This document shows, piece by piece, positions 1 through 11,774 of a stretch of DNA of 57,317 bases. The notes under the pieces are model-generated. The model was not told the DNA's origin. It made no database searches and was given only the letters and a program-made list of their open reading frames with translations. Position numbers and translations under genes: made by a program. The stretch is from Macrostomum lignano (Eukaryota), in NCBI GenBank assembly GCA_002269645.1, contig NIVC01004164.1, positions 1 through 57,317 of the forward strand, read 5' to 3'. Within the stretch, counting starts at the first letter, position 1, and each line of letters starts with the position of its first letter.

Positions 1-84
1 ACCCATGTCATTGCAGGAGAACTCGGGATTGCCAGGAAGTCTCCTGCAGCACGGTGTTCCGGCAGTTTCCTGTCTTAACTCTGT

Positions 85-945
85 CTGTGTAGAGTGTTCT
101 ACCTCCCGTTAAAAAGGAAAAAAGAAGATAAATCGTATAATACTACTATAAGTAAGTAAGTACACGCATGTGCGCCTAAGCTTTGAATGAATCACGCTAC
201 CAGAAAAAGATGTTACCAGAATAATACGCCATGAGCCATTTTCCCCTTTTAGCGCAACACGTGAATTGTCATGATACTATTTTGGATCAAAAACTTGTCT
301 ATAAATACAAGCGATCTGAAGCGGTACCGGAGCCATTCTCCCACGGAAGAGGAGCGCTCCGAAGAGGAAGCCTTAGGAGGACTTCCTGATATACCAAGTC
401 AATCGAGACTCGGTCGAGTTGTTGCGGTAAGCCTTCCTTATTTGCGCCGTTGTGTTAGAGACGTCTCGCTCAAGTCTATTGAGACTTGAGTCTATTTGAG
501 TCTGTTGAGACTCTTGAGTCTGTTTAGACTCCATTGGTTGCAGTCTCCAGAAGGACTGCCCCTGATAGATCTTAGAGGACTATCAGTGGTTTCCGGAGCT
601 ATACCTAGAGTGCATAGAGGCACTGCTAGAAGAAGGAGGCTTAATTTAGACCGCAGTTTGGCGCAGGGATCCCACTGTTAATTCGGAAGCTTCCCATTGG
701 TCCGAGCGACAGAATCCGGCCGGAACTATTTGAAGAAGAAAGAAGAATCGGACCCGATCTACAAACGAAAGTCAGAAGTGACTATACGAGAGCAACTGAA
801 GACAATCGAGAACTACTCCGAGAGATCTCCAAAGGACTCAAGGTAATTGAATACCTTCTGTTGACTTACTGGGTTGCCTAGCTGCTGAGCTAGAAGTGAT
901 TGTTCCTTGATTATCGAAAGTCGGGTAATAAGGAACACATCATCT
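85..945 (+). mobile_element. Dispersed repeat, copy A of a promoter/spliced-leader-like module (unclassified, possibly LTR or 5' region of a TE)
   Basis: Alignable by eye with ~49845-51520. Shared TATA (ctataaata 299-307), donor gcg|gtaagc (427), acceptor ccgcag (656), donor caag|gtaa (843) and downstream gggttgcctagc...ctagaagtgattgttccttgatta. Boundaries approximate. Confidence 0.7.
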
Positions 946-1288
946 GTGAAGAGCTGATGGCCCTGCGGCTGTGGTATTTTCTTTACCGCATGGCGGTGGC
1001 CGCCCTCACAGTGGCGATTTTGCTTCTCTCATACTACGCTCCGGATTGATGATGGACGTTGAAGCAGCTTTGCGCTCATTTCGGACATGAGGCCGCTGTG
1101 CTTGCCCAATCAAAATTATTTAAGCTATCCAATTACGCTGGCTACATATTGGAAGCCCTCGGAGCAAAGTTCGTGACAGCTAGTAACTCACAAGTTTTTT
1201 AAAAAAAGCTAAGTGAAAAGACCGTTGAATTCACTGAGATTCAGTTTTTTCCCCACTTGCACCTGCGTCACCTGCGCTTTCTGTTGCT

Positions 1289-2209
1289 TTGCTGAATCTG
1301 AATGCATCTGTGGACTATAAATGCACATGTGGATCAAATAAATCAGAGTGTCCAGCCATCGGCAAAACCTGTCGCAAGTGCGGTAAGCCGAACCATTTTG
1401 AAAAGCAGTGCAGATCCAAAGTCAGAAGTCAACACCACGTAGCGAAGACTGAAGACGTGCTGACGGCAGATGTCCTGGCGATCGCGAACACCCTCTCAAC
1501 CAGAGGAGGATCCTGTCCGACCATCCAGCTGCCGTGCTCCGTCAAGGGTAAAAGCAGGCAGATTCAGTGTCAACTCGATACGGGGGCCACTGTATCTGTC
1601 ATGTCGAGCAGCTTGTGGAGAAGTTTGGGTAAGCCGCGGCTGCAACCCAGTGAAGCTGTACTGATTGGCTACACGGACGACCATAAGTTCGACCTTCTAG
1701 GCCAACTCGAGCTACAAGCTGTCTGGAACGGTGGTCCGATTCAAGTCACGTTCCATGTTGTGGCATCCAACAGAAGCTTCGCCTTATTGGGGCGAGATGT
1801 AGTGCACATTGACCTGGAGGCAATATCGATTGGACACTCACATGTGCTGGATTCCGGACAGGAGATGCCCGAGATCGACGCTCAGACCAGGTTCAAGGCG
1901 CATCTACAGCTCAAGGATGACGCCACACCGAGGTACATGAAAGCACGCTCAGTTCCGTTTGCTTTAAAGTACAAGCTTCGATCAGAACTTGATGAGCTTC
2001 TGAGGGACGGAATAATTGAACCCGTGAAGTTCTCTAACTGGGCGTCTCCTATTGTACTCATCCAGAAGTCAGATGGCGGTATTCGACTGTGCGTAGACTA
2101 CAAGCAAACAGTAAACCCTCAGCTTGTGAACGACAGTTACCCATCGCCAACCCAGAGGAGGCTTTTTCAGCTGTCACCGGTTGTCATTTCTACTCTATTT
2201 TGGACCTGA
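1289..2209 (+). pseudogene. Gypsy gag C-terminal zinc knuckle, aspartic protease and start of RT
   Basis: CRKCGKPNHFEKQC (CX2CX4HX4C), LDTGA, WASPIVLIQKSDGGIRLCVDYK. Reading frame shifts near 2150 (YPSP -> NPEEAFS). The ORF-track start at 1289 is TTG and not a real start. Confidence 0.9.
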
Positions 2210-4225
2210 AGAAGGCGTACCATCAAATAGAGCTGGATGAAACATCAAAGGAGTTGACAGTGATGGCCACCCCGTTCGGGAATTTTCGCTTCAATCGGTT
2301 AGTCTTCGGCATCAAAACAGCGCCATCAATTTTCCAGCGGTTTATCTCCGAGGTGATTCTAGGCATCCCGGGGGCCGTGGCGTATGTCGACGATATCCTG
2401 ATTGGCGGCCGAACGAAGCAAGAGCTCAATCAACGAGAGTCGGCGGTCAGAAAGCAGCTGGCATGCTACAAGCTCAAGATCAACGAGTCTAAATGCCAGT
2501 TGGCGAAGAACCGTGTGCACTTTCTGGGCTTCATCTTAGAATCTGGCGTAATAAAGCCAAGTGAGGAGAAAGTTCGAGCCATCCGGGAGATGACAGCTCC
2601 GAAAAGCATCGCCGAACTGGAATCGTTTCTAGGAATGATAAACTTCTCCGGTCGATTCATTAGAAATCTGGCTGAACTGATCGAGCCTTTATCAAGGCTG
2701 AGGCGGAAGGATAGCGAGTTCGTGTGGACTAACGCAGAAGAATCCGCCTTCCAAAGGATCAAGGCGGCCCTGACTGAAGAGACCATGCTGGCGACCTATG
2801 ACCCAAGTAAGCAGCTTGAACTTGAGTGTGATGCTTCACAAGTCGCAATCGGAGCAGTTCTTAGTCAAGAAGGCGTGCCAATAATATTCGTCAGCAAGGT
2901 TCTGTCACCAGCAGAAAAGAAGTATTCGCAGATCGAGCGAGAGGCTCTGGCTATCGTGTGGGCGGTCCGTCGTTGTCACCGGTTTCTATTCGGACGCGAG
3001 TTTTCGCTGCTGACAGATCACAGGCCACTCACCTTCATCTTCGGCCACGACAGCCAGCTACCAGAGCGTGTGTCGGCGCGTCTTCAGAGGTGGGCTATCA
3101 CGCTCTCTGGATACAGTTACACCATCACGTACAGAAGATCGGCCGAGATGAAGTCCGACGCACTATCGAGATTGGTTAAACCGACGAACACAGCGACCAC
3201 TCACCATGTCGGACACGCCCCTGTCTGCGAAGGAACTCTGCTGAGTCTACAGGAGTTAAGGTGTCACAGCCGGAAGTGTCAAGAACTAACGAAACTAGTT
3301 GACGCTATCCAGACAGGACGTTTCCGTACAGATGAGGTCAGAGCGTACAAACCTTTAGCTGGTGAACTTTCTACTCAGGACGGCTTAGTAATTCGAGGAA
3401 ACAAGCTGGTTGTCCCCGTGACGCTGAGGAGTAGAGCGGTCTCTGCAGCACACAGTGTGCACCTCGGCATTGCACGAACCAAGTCGTTGCTTCGGGAGGG
3501 CTACTGGTGGCCAGGCATGGACAAAATGGTGGAACTGCAGGTCGGGAGCTGCAGTGTTTGTAGAATGGCCAAGCCTCAGAACAGAAATTTCAGGATCTCG
3601 TGGCCCGAACCGGAAGGACCATGGACGAGAGTGCATATGGATTTCGCAGGACCCATTGAAGGAAGTTATCTTCTGATACTGGTGGATGCTTACTCGGGCT
3701 ATCCGGAGGTACACTTGACGAAAGACATGCTATCATCAACAGTTGTGAGTAGGCTGCGACGAACGTTCTCTCAACTAGGGGTACCAAATCAGCTGGTGTC
3801 AGACAACGGCCCGAGCTTCGTCAGTGATGAGACCCGTCAATGGCTGACAAAAGTCGGTGGCAACTTGATCACAACGCCGGCGTACCACCCTCAAAGTAAT
3901 GGTTTGGCGGAACGTTTCGTGCGGACAATTAAGGAGGCCATCAAAGCAAACGGACTCAGTCAAGCAGTTATCGATCGCTACCTGTTGTTCTATCGAGCAT
4001 CTGGTGGGAAGAGCAGAGCATCACCCGCAGAACTGCTGTTCGGCAGAAAGATCCGAGCACCACTGCTCTCCAATAGGCCAACCTGGGCACCCGGCGAGCA
4101 TCTAATCTACAAAGCCGGCCGACGGGCTCAAGAAGCTTCACTAGTTTGCCAACGGGTTCAAACATGGCCACTATCAAGGTGGGGCCCGATCTGTACAAGA
4201 AGGCCCACCTGGATCAACTCCAGAG
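2150..4225 (+). pseudogene. Gypsy pol: RT, RNase H, integrase
   Basis: LDLKKAYHQ, YVDD (2383-2394), ECDASQVAIGAVL, YSQIEREALA, LTDHRPL, HLGIARTK..YWWPGM..CSVC, VHMDFAGP, SDNGP, YHPQSNGLAERFV. Second frameshift near 4150 before ..KKAHLDQLQ. Confidence 0.93.
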
Positions 4226-4567
4226 GCATAGTCCCATGCAAGTCGATAGTTAAGCAGCAGAGATCAACACCGAGGCTGACACAGACCAAGCCGCCGGGGC
4301 GCGAGCGTCGGACAGCAGTCAGAACGTCGGCAGAAGCTCCTGTGTCATTTCTGAAGACTTACAACCGCTACCACCACCCCCCGAGGACTCCGGAACACAG
4401 CCCTCACAGCAGCATCAACAGCTGCTGACGCCTGGTCGGCTGGAACTGACGCCTGAGGAGTTGGGCCCCAGGAGAAGTCGCCGTCTGTGTGGGAAGTCCC
4501 GCGTCAACTACAAGGAGTGAACTTGCGAGTGCATCTGAACTGTTAGAGTGTGCAAGTTCATTTTTGT

Positions 4568-4686
4568 AAAAGAAGGGAGGTGTTGCATACTAGCCTTAAG
4601 TATAAAGGCAGAGTTTTATTTATTATTCTTGCTACGTACGAATAGCCATGTCGAGCCATAGACTCTAATGAAAAGCTATGGCTACA
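4568..4686 (+). repeat. Polypurine tract (4568-4580) plus putative 106-bp 3' LTR (4581-4686)
   Basis: aaaagaagggagg abuts tgttgcatac; contains gtataaagg; ends gctaca. No partner LTR in the window, so the right boundary is inferred. Confidence 0.6.
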
Positions 4687-4825
4687 GGTCGTGAAGCAAT
4701 CCAAGTCGATGAGCTTGGAGATAATAAAGCGAGAAAGATCAGAGCTGATCATATCTAAGACGAGCCAGACTCGCATACCATCGCTACAATTATCGTGTGT
4801 GGCTTCTTCAAGACATAACACAAGG

Positions 4826-5989
4826 TTTATCCCTTGCTCCAATCACAGCCTCAACCTCGCCGGATCACACGCATGTTCCACAACTGTAGGGGCTGTGACC
4901 TTCTTCGGGACTGTTCAGAGAGTCTTCACTTTCTTCTCGGCTTCGACTGGTCGTTGGGCTGCTTTGGAAGCCCAGATCGACATTGATGGGCAAGGCCTCA
5001 AGCCAAAGAGGCTAATTGAGACGAGATGGAATGCTCACTATGAGGCCGTACGAGCTCTACGGGCTCGACTGGAGAATATCCTGGATGTACTGGACAACAT
5101 GAGCAAAGACCAAACCTTCTCTGTCGACACAAGGTCGGAGGCAATTTCTCTGTCCACGGGCATCTGCTCCTTCTCGTTCTTTGCCCATCTGCACTATTGG
5201 GAGCCCATCCTGAAGGAGATCAACGTCGTTCAAGAGGCTTTTCAACAGAGAGGATTGGGTCTTGACTCAACTAAGGTTCGTGTTGTTGGGCTTGAGCGCT
5301 TTTTGAATCAGTCACGAGAAGATGTTGTCAGTGATGCAGTCCATGAGGCAGAGTCCCTCTGTGAGAAAATGGGGGTCACGATGGAGAAACGCATGCCACG
5401 ACGAAAGAGGATGCCAGGAGAGAACGCCAAGTATGCGGGCTTGACCCCAAAGGAAGAAATTCGAAGGCAATTACTATCATCCCATGACAGGTTGTGTCAG
5501 GAGCTTTCTTCCAGATTTGACGCCATCAAATCGACCTGCGATATTTTCTGCCTCATTGACGTCCTCTTCACAAAAAGAAACATTGGAGAGGAGGTGGAAA
5601 AAGTTGTAGAGACCTTCCCCAAGGATATCTCTAAAGACATTGAGGTCGAAGTTCATCGACTCCGAAGATTGGTGCCTAGCGAGATCAATGAGAAGTCCAC
5701 TGCAGAGGAAGTGCTACAATGGGCTCTCAGGATGGAGCTACAGGATGTCCTGCCTAACCTCATTGTGCTGTTGCGGCTGTTTTTGACCTCGGCTGTGTCT
5801 GTTGCATCCTGCGAAAGAAGCTTTTCAAAGCTGAAGCTCATCAATAGTTACCTACGGTCAACCATGTCTCAAGCTCGGCTTGATGGTCTCTCCATCCTTT
5901 CCATTGAGCAGGAAGAGGCCAAAGCTCTGGACTTCAGCAAAATCATCAATACCTTTGCCAAAAAGAAGTCCCGCCTTGGTGCACTCTAG
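4826..5989 (+). pseudogene. hAT transposase (ZMYM1-like class), C-terminal part; 5' part missing
   Basis: FIPCSNHSLNLAG (CxxH), ETRWNAHYEAV, and dimerization domain SAVSVASCERSFSKLKLINSYLRSTMSQARLDGLSILSIE. ORF open from 4691 (GTG) but homology only clear from ~4826. Confidence 0.92.
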
Positions 5990-6339
5990 TTCAAGTAGTA
6001 TGTCGCACTCGCAGTTGCTGAAAACTGAAATATTTCTGTCCATCAAGTCAACCTGGATCCTGATCATCTGTTGGCCCAACCGTCCAAGAGATCGACTGCA
6101 CTTGTCAGGCTCAATGGGAGTGGCCATGGCCCGTGGAACCGCCTCAACTGAGGGCATGAAGATCATACGATGGAACCTGTAGGACAATCATTGGGTCATC
6201 TGAAGACTGAAGGTATTTGATTGTCTGTAAAGTATTTTTACTATGTGCTTGAAAGTATTTACATAATTACATTTAATTATTGAAGAGTTAAGGATCTTAG
6301 ATCAACTTTAATGATAATTTTTTTTGATAATTTTTTCTG

Positions 6340-6416
6340 GGGGTGACCACCCAGCCGGGGGGTGACCACCCAACCACCGCCCCCCCCCCCCAGCTGGAGG
6401 TCCTGCGCCGCCACTG
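6340..6416. mobile_element. Right end of the hAT element
   Basis: Ends ...ctgcgccgccactg (reverse complement CAGTGGCGGCGC, hAT-type terminus), preceded by duplicated ggggtgaccaccca subterminal motifs and a C run. Confidence 0.7.
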
Positions 6417-6440
6417 TTCGTGCACAACCCCAAATGAGTT

Positions 6441-6506
6441 GTGGCCGCCAACGGATTCGAACCAGCTCGAGAATAAGACGCGCTTACCGCAGCGCTGCTC
6501 TGCCCT
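6441..6506 (-). other. Degenerate tRNA-derived/SINE-like fragment
   Basis: Minus strand reads gcgctgcggtaagcgcg (A-box-like) ... ggttcgaatcc (B-box). No complete anticodon arm. Confidence 0.35.
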
Positions 6507-6724
6507 TAATTAATTAAAGCTGGAAAGTGAATCTTTGCGTTAAAATTGAAAGCAGATCAATCTATTATTCCCTTTGCTACTCAGCCGAAATCGAAAACCC
6601 TGCTAGGGAGAAAAGTCAAATCGGATAAGTGAGATTGGAGACCCCAAGCAGTTCATAATTAATTAAAGGTGCAACATCGCTCGCAAATACCTCAGCGGCG
6701 CACCGCTTGGCTGGCGCTGGCGGC

Positions 6725-7112
6725 CATGGATGAATGAATAGAATGGATTGCTATTCTGGCTCTGGCTATTTTCGTTTTTGACTCTTTTGCATCCGGTTCC
6801 CCCCGTGCCTTTTCATTGGTTGATGATTGCCATAGACAATTTTCGGCCTTCGCCCCTTTCTTTCGATGCACAAGCGCTTTCGCTCGTGTTTTGAAATAAA
6901 GGGGGAAGACCTACGAGCGCTCGATATTCTCTGCAAGTAACTGACATTCTCAGTTCTTTTCGCTTGTGCATCGAAAGAAAGGGGCGAAGGCCGAAAATTG
7001 TCTATGGCAATCATCAACCAATGAAAAGGCACGGGGGGAACCGGATGCAAAAGAGTCAAAAACGAAAATAGCCAGAGCCAGAATAGCAATCCATTCTATT
7101 CATTCATCCATG
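6725..7112. mobile_element. 388-bp MITE with 152-bp TIRs, P-element-like or hAT termini
   Basis: Arms 6725-6876 and 6961-7112 are reverse complements starting CATGGATGAATG. Exact 8-bp TSD ctggcggc at 6717-6724 and 7113-7120. Confidence 0.92.
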
Positions 7113-10100
7113 CTGGCGGCTCCGTCACCTGGCCTTTGGCGCTGAAAGTCGGTCACAAGCGGCTGCTAATCAGCCTGCTGTGGCTGAGTTTCAATATTTG
7201 AGAGGCTCAATTAGCATGAGGATCGAGAGGCGAAGCAGCGGATTTCGGGCACGCAATGCAATTATTGGCGCGGGAATATGGGAGATGGCATTGAGGACTC
7301 TAAAACTTGACAGTCGTGTCCGCAAGGGAATAGAGAAGAGTAACAATTAGCTCCAATCCCTAAGCAGCCGAGCGCCGTCACAAGAGCGGGAATATAGCCC
7401 TATGGTATATCGGGAAGTACGCGGCAGGCTGACTCTCGCTCCGAAGTACCTGGGCATGGATTTTCTTCAGCGCGGCAAGCAGCAATTTTGAGTGCGTGCA
7501 CGCGGACATTATGGGATTCACTTCCGAGCAAGGCCATTTAGCCCTCAAGACTGTGTGCATTCCTGGCCTGACTTTGAGAAAATCAGGACCGCTGTACCGG
7601 GTACATGTGCACCTAGGCAGTGCACAGTGCTTGTTGCCTACGTTGAATTGTGCTCAGGGATCACATGGAATAGGAATTTAAAGTCAACTATAGTTCCTCC
7701 TCGTTTGTTGCGAGTTGCCCGCTACTGCAGCAACAAGTCATGCGCCTCGATAGTAGCGGATTTAGTGAGGGGGCGCAAAGGACGCGCGTTTGTTGTTTTA
7801 AACTTTTTATAGCTATGGGCAATACATTATCGAATACATAAATAATCAAAGGAAAAGTAACCTTAGTAATCTGCCCCTCCCTTCAAAATTTTCCTCGTGA
7901 ACTCCCGTAAATCTAGCCGCATGCCATCCTCATAAAAAATTGCCAAAAGACTATTTTTGCTGCACTGACGCCGTCGGCATACTTGCATGCATCTTCAAGA
8001 TTCAATCTGAATTAACAGCACATGTGGTCGGAAATAAAAAAACAACCATGCATCTAACTAGTAAATTTCATCGATTTAAAAATGAAAAATTTAAATTACG
8101 AGTAAAAATTATTGATATATCGAGGTGGTTTCTGACCGGGGCGAGCAACAGTGAACCGGCCACATGTACTGTACATGTATACTAGATTTCTTGACTCAAA
8201 ATTTTCGCACGGCCGACGCGAGAAATGATCGAATCAATGATGAATTGCTGTTTTCTTTTAAAGAAGTTCTAAAATTAATTTGACGCTACTTGACTTATTT
8301 GACTTAGCCGCAGGGCGCGGTCAAAAGACGCAAACGGGGAGGTGAGCGTCGCCCATTCCGCTAATCAATGGAAGTGCATATTCTTGTGCGCGGGGCCGGT
8401 CAGGGTTGTCTCTGCGCCAGACCTGTCTGCAGCGTGGTCCTAGGTAGTGAAGACAGAGGTTTAGTAGCCTGAAGGAACCGCGGATGATGAGCCATGGGGA
8501 TGTTCTTCGGGCCCGCAAGCGTCGTCGTGTCCAGGCCCGCGGGGAGGGCCGTTGGGTCCGCGAGGTATAGTAGTGGAGCCGGTCTCGGTTAAAGCTGGCC
8601 GCGGGCGACGGCCAACTATCGCTTAAAAAGGTGAAATGCAAGAAAGTAATTCCCATGCAGTTATTTCTCAAATTTGACCTCTGAACTTCCGCAGATAATA
8701 TGAAGCTACGGTCTGTAGCTACGCTAAAGATCCTGTAAATAAGGACTAAAAAAGACCAAGGTCGACTTGAACAATCACCTTACATGGAAGTAGAAACGAT
8801 TTGATAAGCTTGGGGCCAGAAGCATTCGTGTAATAAATGAAAGACAAAATAAAGCTTCCAAGCATAGACTGGTGAAGTGAAAATATAGGATTTTTTAATA
8901 AACGTGCATGGGTGCATGTCTAGCCCCAACATCAAAAGGCATTGCTCCACTAGCCCCCGTTTCTTACTTGACATCTATGACTCTGTCAGTCCTATTAAGA
9001 TATCACGATTTCAGGATATCTGTTTTAAATTTCACATTCTTAGAAATCGACCTAGAACGGGAAGTGAGACCTAATATTATAAATTTAATTAACATTTATT
9101 TACAGTATAGTACAAGCAAGAAAGCATGCAAACCTTAGATATGAAGTATATTTAGAAGTATAGTTAGATTATAGGGCAATCTATATCGATATCAATCTAT
9201 CAATCTATACCGACACCCGACCAGCATGGATTTAATCGGTAGAAAAGGTAAACGTTTTCTACGATTAGATAGGGTAGATGGCATGTCGACTGCCAGCATA
9301 ACATGCTTTCCTTCTGATTAAAAGCGGACTGTATATACTTGTATTGGGCAGTTATGGCGCGCAATTCAAAAGCCTACGCACAACCAATATTATAATGGCT
9401 CGACATATTTAATTAGTATAGGGCATTGTGTTAGTATGTATGAATTCAAGACCTAGACTAATAAAGCAGTTTGTGTCTAGAGTCGAAAACTTTGGAAATG
9501 TGTCGCCCTAGCTTGCACAAAAAGCCATGTATGACATGACTGAATGAAATTTAATTAGGAGGTTAATGATTGTAAAATAAACTAGCTACTTGGACCTCTT
9601 GACAATGACAATAAGGATGAAATGGTCCTGTTGCAGGCAGATATTAATTGGCTTTAAAAAAAGTAAAAGCTTGATGGCTAGCTAGCTAGGTGGCCTTGGC
9701 TCACCCAGTTATTGGCCTTATATTGGCCTTCTTATCAATATGTGGGCCATTTTGTACTGCATTCTGCTTTAATCTACTTTGTTTTTCTTCTTTATTGCCA
9801 GGTATTTAGTATAATTTTTTAGCTCTTAGTTGTATTCTTTATTTTAATATCACTCTATACTTGTACCATGAAAAGAAACACAAAAGGCCTTGTCAATTTT
9901 AGGCCTATGATAGGTAGCTAGCTATGTTATTTTATTTTAGTAATAGGCCTATAGCTATTAAGAGTAGGCCTACTAAATTATTAGTCTATAAAATGTATAT
10001 GGTCTAAAATAGGCTAGCTATTTTAGACCCTATTATATTTTATGCTTCTTGTCTAACAATCTAATAATTGTTGTAGGCCAATATTATGAAATGTATAGGC

Positions 10101-10359
10101 CTAGCTATAGAAAAAGAAAAAGAAGCCAATAACCTTCCTAATGAATAAATTAATTAATATTAGTTCAGTTGTGTATTTACTTTATATTTATTGTCATATG
10201 AATTATATACTTATATTGCATTTAGCCTAGGCCTATCTACTCTAGTCTGCCTATCCTCTACCTATGTTTGTTCTCTCAATCATTATATTTTTACTTTTTC
10301 CCTCTCTTAATTCCTTTATATCATGCTTCTCAATTATCTCCCATCTTTGCCCCTCCCCA

Positions 10360-11640
10360 ATTCCCTTCTATCCTGCCTATCCCCAATTCCCTCCTATCCT
10401 GCCCACCCCCAATTCCCTCCTATCCTGCCCACCCCCCAATTCCCTCCTATCTTGCCCACCCCCAATTCCCTCCTATCCTGCCCACCCCCCAATTCCTTCC
10501 TATCCTGCCTATCCCCCAATTTCCGCCATCCTGCCCTTCAATCTTTTCACCCTTGGGTTTTAAGCTATAAACCCAAGGCAATTCAAAATCTAGAAATGGA
10601 TTTCAAATTGGAAAATTGAATTCAGCATTTCAAGCACCTTTCAAAAAGGCGAAACTATAGAGCTAGAAAATATGGAACTATTTAACTACCTTAAGTTCAA
10701 TAAGTTATAGTTGGATATTGCCAACTCTTTTCCAGGTGCCTCTATCTAGCTAATGCTAACAAAAATGTTGCAAGGTGTACTTTAATATTATATTTGTTCT
10801 AGTAAGCAGTTTTTCTGTGTCTCCCATTCTACCCCACCTTCCCCTCCCGTTCTACCCTTCCATTCCTTCCCATTCTACCCCTCCATTCCCTCCCATTCTA
10901 CCCCCACCATTCCCTCCCATTCTACCCTTCCATTCCCTCACATTCTACCCCCTCCATTCCCTCCCATTCTACCCTTCCATTCCTTCCCATTCTACCCTTC
11001 TATTCCTTCCCATTCTACCCCTCCATTCCCTCACATTCTACCCCCTCCATTCCCTCCCATTCTACCCTTCCATTCCCTCCCATTCTACCCTTCCATTCCC
11101 TCACATTCTACCCCCTCCATTCCCTCCCGTTCTACCCTTCCATTCCCTCCCGTTCTACCCTTCCATTCCCTCCCATTCTACCCTTCCATTCCCTCACATT
11201 CTACCCCCTCCATTCCCTCCCGTTCTACCCTTCCATTCCCTCCCGTTCTACCCTTCCATTCCCTCCTATTCTCTATACCCTCCTTATACCCTCAATACTC
11301 TCCCTATACCCTCTATACCCTCCATATACCCTCCGTATACTCTCCATACCCTCCATATTTTTTCTATACCCATACATGGCCTCCTTGTACCCTCTATGCC
11401 TTCCATATACCCTCAATACTCTCCCTATACCCTCCATACCCTTCTATACCCATTCTTACCCTCCATATACCCTCCATACCATCCCTATACCCTCCATACC
11501 ATTCCTATACCCTCAATACCATCCCTATACCCTCCATACCATCCCTATACTCTCCTTATAACCTCTCCATACCCTCCATACTTTTTCTATACCCACCCAT
11601 GGACTCCCTGTACCCTCTATGCCCTCCCTATGCTCTCCAT
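10360..11640. repeat. Pyrimidine-rich minisatellites in left arm (aattccctcctatcctgcccacccccc; cattctacccttccattccctcc; ataccctccat)
   Basis: Direct reading; mirrored at ~19980-21160. Confidence 0.9.
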
Positions 11641-11774
11641 ACCCTCCTGCTTTTCCTATCCTTCCCGCGTTATACTTTTCCCTATCCAGCCTCTACTATT
11701 CCCTCTTTCCACCTCCAGCGCCTCCCCCTCTCTAGCCCCTACCCTCTCTTCCTTTACTTTCCAGCCCCCATCCT

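Larger units (their letters stand above)
1340..4686 (+). mobile_element. Ty3/Gypsy LTR retrotransposon, 5'-truncated (most of gag and the 5' LTR not seen)
   Basis: Domain order zinc knuckle, protease, RT, RNase H, integrase, then PPT and a TG...CA LTR. Confidence 0.93.

Noticed and set aside
7751-7924. Possible degenerate hAT-type MITE (tagtagcggattta ... taaatctagccgc)
   Set aside because: Termini too decayed and no TSD found.
8480-8570. Short ATG-initiated GC-rich segment as the missing first exon of TYW2
   Set aside because: MMSHGDVLRARKRRR shows no resemblance to TYW2 N-termini; donor is weak.
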